DNA of 64,000 bases from Lama guanicoe (lineage: Eukaryota). Within the stretch, counting starts at the first letter, position 1. Each line of letters begins with the position of its first letter. Shown here one piece after another: positions 24,469-36,173 of the stretch. Both the position numbers and the translations under genes were made by a program. Location of the stretch: NCBI GenBank assembly GCA_013239625.1, contig MU053934.1, positions 5,908,399 through 5,972,398 on the forward strand, in the 5' to 3' direction. The notes under the pieces are model-generated. The model ran no database searches. It worked only from the letters and a program-made list of their open reading frames with translations, and was not told the origin of the DNA.

Positions 24469-26804
24469 GTGAGATACAGCCGCGAGAGCGGACAGAACTG
24501 GGTCAGCGTTTCTAAAAATCTGCCCACCATGGTTGGAGGTTGACGTGAGCACCAGAGACCATTTGAAATTCAGATGGGAAAAAAAAAATCATTTGAGGGG
24601 AAAAGAAGGGAAAATGAGGATGGTTGGAGCGGGCGGTGAGCACAGGGATGGTAGGGTGTCTGGTGTGCAGCTGCTACAAGTCTAGATGCTGTGGGGACGA
24701 GTACCAGCACTGTCTGTCTGACCCCGTTGTTTGCAGTCCGCTTATGTTTGTATTTTTGTCCATTGTTCAGGAGGTTGGCTTGTTGGGTATCTCTTTGTTG
24801 TTTTGTTTTAGCCCAAGCTCCTTTGAGCTCCATTTGGCCGTTCCAGTTTGTAATGGAACTTTGGCAAAACAAAAGAATGAAAATGTTGATTGTTTGCCTT
24901 CCTGAAAGGGAATTGGGAAGTGGAGAGAACTGAAGAAAAGTTAAACTTGAATATATGCACTTACAGCCCCTTCTCAGCAAAGTTAAAACTTTGAATTATT
25001 TTGTTATTTAAATTGCTTGTTGTTGTTGTAGGTGGTTTGGGGATGTAATTGGGTGTGTTGGGGTTTTTTCCTCAGCATCATCCTTGGCAAGATGAGAGCT
25101 CTCAAAGGGTAATTCATGTCAGGTTTTTGGGTTTTGTTGGGTTTGGTTTTGTTTTGTTTTAACCTCTCAGTTTGACTTTGTTGGGACACCATAATCAAGT
25201 TTTCACAGGAGGAGGCTGTTACGTGGGGAGGGACCTCGAGGCCTGTCTTTAGGTACTGATCCTCACTTAGATGATGATGATCAGCTATTCTGAGCAATAT
25301 TTAGCGTCACAAAATTCTGTCATCACAGTGACTAGGGAAAGCCCTTACAGTACATCATAATAGACGTGACTTCAGTTGTGAGTACATCTGGGAGGATGTA
25401 GGGTGCCAGTCATCTGTTAGGAGTCAGAATCTAAGTTTGTCAATTTAGGTTAAAGTCAAGTATTTTCTTAGCTCTAGGGTGACATACAGTGGAGTCAATC
25501 ATGCTGGTTGTTACTGGAGGGTTGGCCATAAAGAAGATGACCTAGGGAGTCACTAGATGGTTTTATCTGCCCCTGTTTTGAATGGATTGCTACAGGTATT
25601 CCCCCACTGGTTAGATTCAGTGTTTAGGAGTGCTTTCTTTGAGCCACAGTTAATATCAAACCCAGTATTACAAGGTCAAACACACATCACAGTCCTTCCT
25701 TGATGCTTTTAGCTTTTGGCATCTGTTTGATTCATGTATCTATTCAGGGCGTGTGCTCTTGTCCTATGTTCTTTTTCTAGAAATGTATCTTAAAAGACTT
25801 GTTTTATGCAAACATTGCTACTCAAGTATATTACAAATGTTACTGCCAGTTGGCACAGATTTTCAGCCTCCGAAAAACTGGTAGAATATAGAAGGCAACA
25901 CAGCAGTGGCTCACAAGTTCTTGATCTCTTGAAGACGCCATTTTATACTTTACTGTTACGTATGTAATACCAGCTTCCTGCTGCAGCCTTTACAGCGATG
26001 ATTATGGAAATTAATGGTGGTTCTGTATTTTCAGACTTCATTGAACAAAAGTTTTGCCGCTTCTGTAGCAAGGACTAAGGAGGTTTTGCTTTTCTGTCTT
26101 TCCCACCTCTACCAACTTTTTTTTTCTACAAACTTAACAAGAGAGTTAAATAGAAGACCCCCTCTGATACACTTCACTTTGATTCACCAGTTGTTAACAC
26201 CCTGCTACATTTTCTTTATCTCTGTTTCAGCAAATACCTTGTAAGAAAGAAGACATTCTCTACATGACCATGCTGTGGTTTTGTGCCACCGTCTCATGTC
26301 TGCTCCTTATGGTCGAGTCCAAGAGTGTGTGTCGTATTCAGTTTCCAGGTCTCAGTTCCTGGCCTTATATTCTTTCATGATGTGGGCAGTTTGTTGAAGA
26401 CGCCAGGCCAATTGTTTTGTACGATGTTTCTCAATTTGGATTTGTCTGATGTGTTTCCTTGTGATGAGTCAGATTAAGCTGTGGATTGCATCTTTGAGCA
26501 GACCACTTCAAGGCAGAAGGTCCACCGTACACGTGCTCTACCTAACCCAGACCACTCTTACTTGGAAGGAATTACTGAATGAGATAGAAAAGATAAGGTG
26601 TAGGTTTTTAGGCTTGTCATAGTCCATCCCAGAGAACACCAGACCTACATGAAGCAGGAGAGAGGGGGCTTGTCTCAGGTAACCTTGTGGTGTGGTTATA
26701 AAACAAAATGGGGCGTCCCAGCCCCACAGCTGCGCAGCCGGGCTCAGCTGCTGTTGACCCAAGGCTCCAGTTCCAGCATCGGAATGAAGCTTTCTGTCTT
26801 GCAG

Positions 26805-27086
26805 GTCTTCTTTGTGATCCGTCTTATCGCCGGCCCTGCCGCCAACTCCCTGCCTCCCATTGTTGATCCCGACCCCCTCATCCCCTGCGACCTGATGGAT
26901 GGGCGGGATGCCTTCCTCACCCTCGCCAGGGACAAGCACCTGGAGTTCTCTTCACTCCGAAGAGCCCAGTGGTCCACCATGTGCATGCTGGTGGAGCTGC
27001 ACACTCAGAGCCAGGACCGCTTCGTCTACACCTGCAACGAGTGCAAGCACCATGTGGAGACGCGCTGGCACTGCACCGTGTGCGAG
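26805..27086 (+). CDS. EP300: EP300 exon 30 equivalent (HAT end, ZZ start)
   Basis: cag|GTCTTC...GAG|gtaggc; VFFVIRLIAGP...DGRDAFLTLARDKHLEFSSLRRAQWST...CNECKHHVETRWHCTVCE; 282 nt. Confidence 0.98.
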
Positions 27087-27324
27087 GTAGGCCCCGCGGG
27101 GGGACGGGAGTGGCTGCGGGGGCCTCGAGAGGCGACGCAGTCAGAAGTTATACAGGCTGGTGGTGGGTAACAGAATGGGGTGGGTGGGGCCTGGCCTCAT
27201 TGGAGTGGTCTGGCTGAAGCAGCTTTCTCTAAAAAGGGGCTTTTTTGTAGCCCAAGCGGAATATGTAAAGGCTTTTGAATGACTTTAGCCTTGGAAAGTT
27301 GACCTGCACCTGTTTTTCCCCCAG

Positions 27325-29517
27325 GATTATGATTTGTGTATCACTTGCTATAACACTAAAAACCACGACCACAAGATGGAGAAACTAGGTCTTGGGTTGG
27401 ATGATGAGAGCAATAGCCAGCAGGCCGCAGCCACCCAGAGCCCGGGAGACTCCCGCCGCCTGAGCATCCAGCGCTGCATCCAGTCTCTGGTCCACGCCTG
27501 CCAGTGCCGAAATGCCAACTGCTCCCTGCCCTCCTGCCAGAAGATGAAGCGGGTCGTGCAGCACACCAAGGGCTGCAAGCGGAAGACCAATGGAGGGTGC
27601 CCCATCTGCAAGCAGCTCATTGCCCTCTGCTGCTACCATGCCAAGCACTGCCAGGAGAACAAGTGCCCTGTACCCTTCTGCCTCAACATCAAGCAGAAGC
27701 TTCGGCAACAGCAACTGCAGCACCGGCTCCAGCAGGCCCAGATGCTTCGCCGGAGAATGGCCAGCATGCAGCGGACTGGCGTGGTGGGACAGCAGCAGGG
27801 CCTGCCCTCCCCAACGCCCGCCACTCCCACCACACCGACGGGCCAGCAGCCCACCACCCAGCAGAAGCCCCAGCCCCAGCCCCCCTCACAGCCCCAGCCC
27901 ACTCCCCCCAACAGCATGCCGCCCTACTTGCCCAGGACTCAAGCCACTGGCCCTGTGTCCCAGGGTAAGGCAGCAGGACAGGTGACCCCTCCGACCCCTC
28001 CTCAGACTGCTCAGCCACCCCTTCCAGGACCCCCACCTGCTGCAGTGGAAATGGCAATGCAGATTCAGAGGGCAGCTGAGACGCAGCGCCAGATGGCCCA
28101 CGTGCAAATTTTCCAAAGGCCAATTCAGCACCAGATGCCCCAGATGACTCCAATGGCCCCCATGGGCATGAACCCGCCCCCCATGGCCAGAGGCCCCAGC
28201 GGGCATCTGGAGCCAGGGATGGGGCCCACAGGGATGCAGCAGCAACCACCGTGGGCCCAAGGAGGGTTGCCTCAACCCCAGCAGCTGCAGCCCGGAATGC
28301 CAAGGCCAGCCATGATGTCGGTGTCACAGCATGGGCAGCCCTTGAACATGGCTCCCCAGCCCGGACTGGGCCAGGTCGGTGTGAGCCCTCTCAAACCAGG
28401 CACTGTGTCTCAACAAGCCTTACAAAACCTTTTGCGGACTCTCAGGTCTCCCAGCTCTCCCCTACAGCAGCAACAGGTGCTTAGTATCCTTCACGCCAAC
28501 CCCCAGTTGTTGGCGGCGTTCATCAAGCAGCGGGCTGCCAAGTACGCCAACTCTAACCCGCAGCCCCTCCCGGGACAGCCTGGCATGCCCCAGGGCCAGC
28601 CGGGGCTGCAGCCACCTACCATGCCAGGCCAGCAGGGCGTCCACTCCAGTCCAGCCATGCAGAACATGAATCCCATGCAGGCGGGCGTCCCGAGGGCCAG
28701 CCTGCCCCAGCAGCAACCGCAGCAGCAGCTCCAGCCACCGATGGGAGGGATGAGCCCCCAGGCTCAGCAGATGAACATGAATCACAACGCCATGCCTTCA
28801 CAGTTCCGAGACATCTTGAGACGACAGCAGATGATGCAGCAGCAGCAACAGGGCGCAGGGCCAGGGATCGGCCCCGGGATGGCCAACCACAACCAGTTCC
28901 AGCAGCCCCAGGGAGTTGGCTACCCCCCGCAGCAGCAGCAGCAGCAGCAGCGGATGCAGCATCACATGCAGCAGATACAGCAGGGGAACATGGGACAGAT
29001 GGGCCAGCTCCCGCAGGCCCTGGGCGCAGAGGCAGGAGCCAGTCTGCAGGCCTATCAGCAGCGACTCCTTCAGCAGCAGATGGGCTCGCCGGCTCAGCCC
29101 AACCCCATGAGCCCCCAGCAGCACATGCTCCCGAGTCAGGCCCAGTCCCCACACCTCCAGGGCCAGCAGATTCCTTCTCTCTCCAACCAAGTGCGTTCTC
29201 CTCAGCCTGTCCCATCTCCACGGCCGCAGTCCCAGCCCCCCCACTCCAGCCCGTCCCCGAGGATGCAGCCTCAGCCTTCTCCACACCACGTTTCCCCACA
29301 GACCAGTTCTCCGCATCCTGGACTGGTAGCTGCCCAGGGCAACCCCATGGAACAAGGGCATTTTGCCAGCCCGGACCAGAATTCGATGCTTTCTCAGCTC
29401 GCTAGCAACCCAGGCATGGCAAACCTCCATGGTGCAAGCGCCACGGACCTGGGACTTAGCACCGATAACTCAGACTTGAATTCAAACCTCTCACAGAGTA
29501 CACTAGACATACACTAG
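27325..29517 (+). CDS. EP300: EP300 terminal coding exon 31 (ZZ end, TAZ2, NCBD/iBiD, Q/P-rich C-terminus)
   Basis: cag|GATTAT; TAZ2 ([27 protein letters not shown]), NCBD ([40 protein letters not shown]); ends [12 protein letters not shown], the p300-type C-terminus. Confidence 0.98.
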   Translation, partial: DYDLCITCYNTKNHDHKMEKLGLGLDDESNSQQAAATQSPGDSRRLSIQRCIQSLVHACQCRNANCSLPSCQKMKRVVQHTKGCKRKTNGGCPICKQLIALCCYHAKHCQENKCPVPFCLNIKQKLRQQQLQHRLQQAQMLRRRMASMQRTGVVGQQQGLPSPTPATPTTPTGQQPTTQQKPQPQPPSQPQPTPPNSMPPYLPRTQATGPVSQGKAAGQVTPPTPPQTAQPPLPGPPPAAVEMAMQIQRAAETQRQMAHVQIFQRPIQHQMPQMTPMAPMGMNPPPMARGPSGHLEPGMGPTGMQQQPPWAQGGLPQPQQLQPGMPRPAMMSVSQHGQPLNMAPQPGLGQVGVSPLKPGTVSQQALQNLLRTLRSPSSPLQQQQVLSILHANPQLLAAFIKQRAAKYANSNPQPLPGQPGMPQGQPGLQPPTMPGQQGVHSSPAMQNMNPMQAGVPRASLPQQQPQQQLQPPMGGMSPQAQQMNMNHNAMPSQFRDILRRQQMMQQQQQGAGPGIGPGMANHNQFQQPQGVGYPPQQQQQQQRMQHHMQQIQQGNMGQMGQLPQALGAEAGASLQAYQQRLLQQQMGSPAQPNPMSPQQHMLPSQAQSPHLQGQQIPSLSNQVRSPQPVPSPRPQSQPPHSSPSPRMQPQPSPHHVSPQTSSPHPGLVAAQGNPMEQGHFASPDQNSMLSQLASNPGMANLHGASATDLGLSTDNSDLNSNLSQSTLDIH

Positions 29518-30620
29518 AGACACCTTGTAGTATTTTGGGAGCAAAAAAATTATTTTCTCTTAACAAGACTTTTTGTACTGAAAACAATTTTTTTCAATCT
29601 TTCTTAGCCTAAAAGACAATTTTCCTTGGAACACATAAGAACTGTGCAGTAGCTGTTTGTGGTTTAAAGCAAACATGCAGGATGAACCTGAGGGACGATA
29701 GAGTACAAAGAATATATTTTTGTTATGGCTGGTCACCCCCAGCCTGCTTTTCCCCTTGTGTGTGTGGTTCAGGTGTGCACTGGGAGGAGGCTGAGGTCTG
29801 TGAAGCCAACCACACGCTCCTGCCTTGCACCTCCAATAGGTTTTATTATTTTTTTTAAATTAATGAAAATATGTAATATTAATAGTTATTATTTACTGGT
29901 GCAGATGGTTGACATTTTTCCCTATTTTCCTCACTTTATGGAAGAGTTAAAAAAGAACATTTCTAAAACCAGAGGACAAAAGGGGTTAATGTTACTTTAA
30001 AATTACATTCTATATATATATATAAATATATATAAATATATATTAAAATACCAATTTTTTTTCTCTGGGTGCAAAGATGTTCATTCTTTTAAAAATGTAA
30101 AAAAAAAAAAGAAAGAAAAAAAATTCCCCTTTCCTCCCCTCAAGTCAACTTTTGTGCTCCAGAAAATTTTCTATTCCGTAAGTCTGAGCGTAAAAACTTC
30201 AAGTATTAAAGTAATTTGTACATGTAGAGAGAAAAATGACTTTTTCAAAATATACAGGGGCAGCTGCCAAATTGATGTATTATATATTGTGGTTCTGTTT
30301 CTTGAAAGAATTTTTTTCGTTATTTTTACATCTAACAAAGGAAAAAATTAAAAAGAGGGTAAGAAACGATTCCAGTGGGATGATTTTAACATGCAAAATG
30401 TCCCTGGGGTTTCTTCTTTGCTTGCTTTCTTCCTCCTTACCCTCCCACCCCCCCACACACACACTTTCTGTAAAACTTGAAAATAGAAAGCAAAAACCCT
30501 CAACTTGTAAATCATGCAATTAAAGTTGATTACTTATAAATATGAACTTTGGATCACTGTATAGACTGTTAAATTTGATTTCTTATTACCTATTGTTAAA
30601 TAAACTGTGTGCGACAGACA
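29518..30620 (+). other. EP300: EP300 3'UTR (~1.1 kb, AU-rich)
   Basis: Repeat-free AU-rich sequence between the stop codon and the AATAAA/CA cleavage region. Confidence 0.85.
30599..30604 (+). terminator. Polyadenylation signal AATAAA of EP300
   Basis: AATAAA followed ~15 nt later by CA (gacagaca) and a U/GU-rich element (ctttgtttcacttct); a variant ATTAAA lies at 30519-30524. Confidence 0.85.
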
Positions 30621-31764
30621 CCTGACTTTGTTTCACTTCTTGACTTCACATCTATCTTGGTAGCATCACTGGAAGTGCTTGATGTGTAGGATTCGGGGGG
30701 GGGGAGTGAAAGCACCCGCTTACTGTCCTTGCTAACTATTACCTAAAGTGATTTTGTGACAAAAACGGATTTTAAGAAATAAATTTTGGTAAATTTGTCC
30801 AAAGTTTAGGAGAAAACACAAGAAGTACCAGCTAGATGTCAGTTTTGTCCATCTGAATTGATAGTAATTAGCCTTCAACAGCCTGATGTAAGCCCTCCTT
30901 CTGTGGTCCCCTGTGGATGACCTCCTGGTCTTCCAGTCACCCTCATCTTGCAGGGATAAGACTGAGCACCTCAGAGGGGTCACATCTGCCTAAGTTACAA
31001 GTAAGCCCTCGAAAAAGCAGCACTTAGAGCCAGGGCAGCAATGCTACATCCCAGTTCTGTTATAAATACTTTGTTATTGCTAACTGCCAACCAAGAAGTC
31101 AGCGGGGAAAGAGGCTGTACAAAAGGAAAGGAAAACGTGAAAATAAAACCCAGACGAGATGGCAGCAAGGAGTCTGGTACTGTGGTGGGTGTGGAAGGAT
31201 GGGGAGGTTGCCAGTCCTCCGTCCAGCCGAATATTTCATCGGCTGTGAGTGTGTGTGTGAAATGAGGACACTCAGGGAGCTGCGCTGGCATCACTAGGCA
31301 GGTCTTCCTTGTTATTGTCATGGAGCTTTACACTGACTATGATCTCTGCTAAGGGCTAAAGAAAAAAGATCTCTTCAAGTAGCTTAATTCAAACTCCTAA
31401 TTGTTCTCCCACTATTTTACATTGTCTCACCAAAACAACCAATACCTCAGTGTGAAGTGAACTTGCATAGTCAGCATGAATCAGAGCCCACCCCAGCAGA
31501 TGTTACCAAGCATCCACCTGCCTCAGGTCAGTGGTCCAGCAAATGTACGTGCAGCACCTACAGTCTGCCAGGCAGGACAGCGAGCGTGGACAGGATGCAG
31601 CCCTGCCCTCCAGCTAGCCAGCCTGAGATCTAGAAAAGAGGACAGAATGATGCTTAAACAAGATGAAATAAAGGTTAAGTGCTATAAGCGGGACAGGGAG
31701 CAGGGGGAATCGTTTCTGGCTGAGAGGAATTGGGAGTTTCTGGAAAGGATAGAATTGAAACTGG

Positions 31765-31892
31765 AAGAGGGCATAGCTCAGTGCTAGAGCACAAGCATGA
31801 GTTCCTGGGTCCAATCCCCAGCACCTCCATTGAAAAAAAAAATTTAATTAAGTCAACCTAATTACCTCCCCTCCTCCTCCCCCCCAAAAAAG
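31765..31892 (+). mobile_element. tRNA-derived SINE (Vic-1-like)
   Basis: ggggcatagctcagtgctagag...ctgggtccaatccccagcacctccat plus A tail and acctaattacctcccc. Confidence 0.85.
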
Positions 31893-32884
31893 AGTTAGCT
31901 AAACTGGATCTTGGAGGAGAAATGAACCGGGAAAGGTGGAGAAGGGTGAGGAGGAACTCCACCCACAAAAGTGAAGAATCTGATCTTGTTGGGAAACAAC
32001 TTCAGATCCACTTGGCTGGGACCAGAGAGAAGATGTTGAGTGTCTGTTGGAGAAAGTCTCCCATAGTGCTCCCCGTTACCAGGGCCCAGGATTGATTCGA
32101 GCTCCTGAAAGGGAACATTGAGAATTTTCACCCATTTCCAAGCAGTAAATTCCCAGCTTTTACAGCTCTAGACTCAGGCTGAAGATAGCTGGGTTGAAGT
32201 GTCAACCTCTTCTCTGTGATGTTTCAAGGAGAAAGCAGGGGCAGAAATAATTAAGTAGGGAGGGGAGAAAAGCTGTCCTTGCCCAAACCAGAGGCAGTTT
32301 TAGGAGGGGGAAGATGTGGATTAATCCATAGGAATAGAAGAAGGTTAGTTCACCGTTTGTGTATATTTGAAAATTAATCACAGTAAAAAGTTGGGAAGAG
32401 CTAAAAGGAGCCACAAGTCTCCAACAAAGTTGTTTCTAAGACATCAATATAGAAAACGGGCTCAATGGGCACCAGCAGTATCCAGGTGTTACTTTAGTTG
32501 CTTAGCTTACTGAATCCTCAAAAATGACAAATGAGAAAGCTCCAGCTCAGATGTATGCGAAAGGTCACACAGCTACCGAGAAAGCCTGGTAACATCTGCA
32601 GAAACATCTGCTGGATTCCACAGCCTGCTTCTCCGCATCCTTTCTCCCTCACTGTAGAGAAGCCCTCTAATGGCTCCACGTTAATAGGTTTGACACAGGG
32701 CCCTGTGCCAAGTAAATTCAAAGTATAGACTAAAAACTGAAAGGGGGAGAAAAGTAAGGAATCATAAAGATAAGCTCCCCAGGCTTCTCCTTTCCCAACC
32801 ACAAAACCTCGTCTCCAGAGAGATGGTTTTCCAAAATGTTATGTTCATGATGAGGTCACCATGTTTAAAGAGCACACAGGCCAG

Positions 32885-33053
32885 CATCAAAAAGAATAAA
32901 ATGCTTAGGAATAAGTTTAACAAAAGACATGCAAGACGTGTATACTGAAAACTACAGAATATCCTTGAAAGAAATTAAAGACATAAATAAATGAAAAGAT
33001 ATCCTTGTTCATGGATCGGAAGACTAGGGAGGTCTAACATTGCTAAGAAAGTA
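32885..33053 (+). mobile_element. L1M ORF2 fragment (left part, interrupted by Tigger1)
   Basis: aaaagaataaaatgcttaggaataagtttaacaaaaga...gttcatggatcggaagact; continues at 35413. Confidence 0.8.
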
Positions 33054-35412
33054 CAGGCAACCTTGTTTACTTGTGCGTCACTTTAAGCACTTTGCCGATA
33101 CTGCGTTTTTTACAGCTGGAGGTTTGTGGCAGCCCTGCACCAAGCAAGTCTATCGGTGCCATTGTCCTAACAGCATTTCCTCACTTACTGTCTCCGTGTC
33201 GCATTTTGGTAACTCTCCCAATACTTCAAACCTTTTCATTTTTACTATTATACTTGCTATAGTGACCTGTGATCAGTGATCTTTGATGCTACTATTGTAA
33301 TTGTCTTGGAACACCACACAGTGCACCCATGGAAGACTGCAAACATGATCGATAAATGTGTGTAACGTGACTGCTCCACTGGCAAAACAGACACTCCCCT
33401 GCCTCTCCCTCTCCTGGGACCTTCCTGTTCCTCAAGACACAACAATATTGAAATCAGACCAATTAATAACCCTATGATGGCCTCTAAATGCTCAAATGAA
33501 AGGACGAGTTGCATGTCTCACTTTAAATCAACAGCTAGAAATGATTACACTTAGTGAGGAAGGCATGTCAAAAGCTGAGACAGGCTGATCCAAACAGTGA
33601 GCCAACATGTGAATGCAAAGGAAAAGTTTTGGAAGGAAATTAAAAGTGCTCCTCTAATGAATGCACAAATGATAAGAAAGCAAAACATCTTAATTGCTGA
33701 TAAAAAAGAGTTTTAGTGATCTGGAAAGCTCAAACCAGCCACAACATTCCCTTAAGCCAAAGCCTAACCCAGAGCAAGGCCCTAACTCTCTTCAATTCTA
33801 TGAAGGCTGGGAAAGGGGAGGCAGAAAGGCAGAAGGAAAGTCTGAAGCTGGCAGAGGTTGTTTCGTGAGGCTTAAGGAAAGCAACCACCTCCATAACATA
33901 AAAGCACAAACTGAGACATCAAGTGCCGAGGGCTACAACAAGTCCTCCAGAAGATCCAGCTCAGATAAGCAATGAAAGTGGCTGCACAAAACAGCAGATT
34001 TTCAATGTGGACAACAGTCTTATATTGGAAGATGATGCCATCCAGGACTTTCATAGCTAAAGAGAAGTCAAAGCCGGGCTTCCAATCTTCAAAGGGAATA
34101 ATGCAGCTGGTGGCTTGAAGTTGAAGCCAATGCTCATTTACTATTCTGAATATTCTAGGGCCCTTAAGAATTGGGCCAAATCTACTCGGCCTGTGCTCTA
34201 TAAATGGAACAACAAAGCCTGAATGACAGTAAATCTGTATACAACATGGTTTGCTGAACATTTTAGGCCCACTGTTGAGACCTACTGCTCAGAGAAAAAA
34301 GATTCCTTTCAAAATAGTACTGCTCACTGACAGTGCCCTGGCCACCCTAGAGCGCTGGCGGAGATGTACAGGAGACGAACGTTGCTCTCCTGCCGTTCAC
34401 AGAGCACCCAGTCTGCAGCCCATGGGTCACGGAGTCATTTCGACTTTCAGGTCTTATTTTTAGGAAATACATCTCATAAGGCTATAGCTTCCATACATTA
34501 ATGACTCCTCTGATGGATCTAAGCAAAGTAAACTGAAAACCTACTGGAAAGAACTCATCATTCTTTATTCACCATTCACCATTAGCTGTCATTGAGAACA
34601 TTTGTGATTCATGGGAAGAGGTCAAAATATCGACATAAACAGCCAGTTTGGAAGATGATTCCAACCCTCCTTGTCAATGACTTTGAGGGATTCAGGACTT
34701 CAGTGGAGGAAGTACCTGTACCTGCAGTCGAAACAGCAAGAGAATTAAAATCAGAAGTAGAGCCTGAAGATGTGACTGCATTGCTGCAACCTCGTAACAC
34801 AACTTCAATGACTGAGGATTTGCTTCTTACGGATGAGAGAAGAAAGTGTTTTCTTGAGATGGAATTTACTCTTAGTGAAAATACTGTGAAAATTGTTGAA
34901 ATGACAACAAAGGATTTAGAGTTTTACACAAAGCCAGTTGATAAAGTAGCAGCAGGTTTTGAGAAGACTGACTCCAATTTTGAAAGAAATTCTACTGTGG
35001 GTAAAATGCTATCAAACAGCATTGAACACTACAGAGAAATCATTTGTGAAAAGAAGTCAACTGATGTATCAAACTTCACTGTTGTCATATTTTAAGAAAT
35101 TGCCACAGCCACCCAACCATGCTGATCAGTCAGCAGCCACCAACATCGAGGCAAGACTCTCTACCAGCAAAAAGATTATGACTCACTGCAGGTTCAGATG
35201 GTTGGCATTTTTTAGCAATAAAGTATTTTTAAATTAAGATATGTACATTTTTTCAGACATAATGCTATTGCACACTTAACAGACTACAGCACAGTGTAAA
35301 CATAATTTACATGCATTAGGAAACAAAGAATTCATGTGACTCACTTTATTGTAATATTTGCTTTATTGCAGTGATCAGAAACCAAACCCTCAGTATCTCG
35401 GAGTTATGCCTG
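33054..35412 (+). mobile_element. Near full-length Tigger1 (TcMar/pogo) DNA transposon with decayed transposase
   Basis: Ends CAGGCAACCT... and ...GAGTTATGCCTG (imperfect TIRs); TA duplications at 33052-33053 and 35413-35414; transposase remnants in ORFs 33694-33975 and 34592-35095 (DFEGFRTSVEEV...ARELKSEVEPEDVTALLQ). Confidence 0.93.
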
Positions 35413-36035
35413 TACTGCACCCCAACTGACGTACAGATTCAATGCAATCCCTATCAAAATATCTTCTGGCTTTTTCTTTTTTAGCAGAAATTGACATGGT
35501 GATCCTAAAATGCATATGGAAATGTAAAGAAGCCAAAACAGCCAAAACAATCTTGAAAATGAAGTACAAATTTGGAGGACTAACACTTTCCGATTTCAAA
35601 ACTTACACTACAAAGATGCAGTAATCAAGACTATAGTAGTGGCATGAGGAGCGACATTTAAATCATTGGAATAGAGAGTCCAGAAATAAACCCATATATT
35701 TAAGGTCAATGGATTTTCAATAAGGATGCCAAGGCAACTCAAAGGAGAAAGAAGAGGCTTTTCAACAAATAGTGCTGGGACAACTAGACACCCACATTCA
35801 AAAGAATGAAGTTGGACCTCTATATACAGAAATTAACTCAACATAGATTACAGACCTAATGTAAGAGCTAAAAACTATAAAAATCATACAAGAATACATG
35901 GGAATAAATCTTCATTACCTTGGATTAGGAAATGGTTAATCTGATATGACACCTAAAGTACAAGCAACACCCTCCCAAAAAAAAAACTGGGCTTCATCAA
36001 AAGGTATAACTTTTGTTCATCAAAGGGCACTTATC
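35413..36035 (+). mobile_element. L1M ORF2 fragment (right part after Tigger1)
   Basis: tacagattcaatgcaatccctatcaaaat...ttcaacaaatagtgctgggacaact. Confidence 0.85.
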
Positions 36036-36040
36036 AGAGC

Positions 36041-36170
36041 AGGAGGGTAAAGCTCAGTGGTAGAGCACATGCTTAGCATGCACGAGGTCCTGGGTTCAAT
36101 CCCCAGTACCTCCATCAAAAAATAAATAAATAAACTTAATTATCTCCCCCTGACTCACCCCCAAAAAAAC
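36041..36170 (+). mobile_element. tRNA-derived SINE (Vic-1-like)
   Basis: gggtaaagctcagtggtagagcacatgcttagcatgcacgaggtcctgggttcaatccccagtacctcc plus (aaat)n tail. Confidence 0.9.
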
Positions 36171-36173
36171 CCA

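Noticed and set aside
27348..29430. Several long antisense and alternative-frame ORFs (up to 227 aa) overlapping EP300 exon 31
   Set aside because: Expected shadows of GC-rich, CAG/CCC-rich coding sequence; no recognisable domain or independent promoter/splice evidence
1414..29517. Assignment as the paralogue CREBBP
   Set aside because: The C-terminus [11 protein letters not shown] residues ESANNRAEYY and the downstream neighbour L3MBTL2 identify EP300
30011..30042. (TA)n-rich self-complementary stretch in the 3'UTR
   Set aside because: Low-complexity microsatellite; hairpin potential is trivial
34592..35095. 167-aa ORF as a domesticated TIGD-like gene
   Set aside because: Lies within a Tigger1 copy with TIRs and TSDs; the upstream transposase is broken and the ORF starts at a non-ATG codon
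36041..36115. tRNA-like sequences with A and B boxes (also at 5236, 19300, 22246, 31766, 41115, 50985, 58185, 62620)
   Set aside because: Diverged multicopy elements with A-rich tails and TSDs are tRNA-derived SINEs, not tRNA genes
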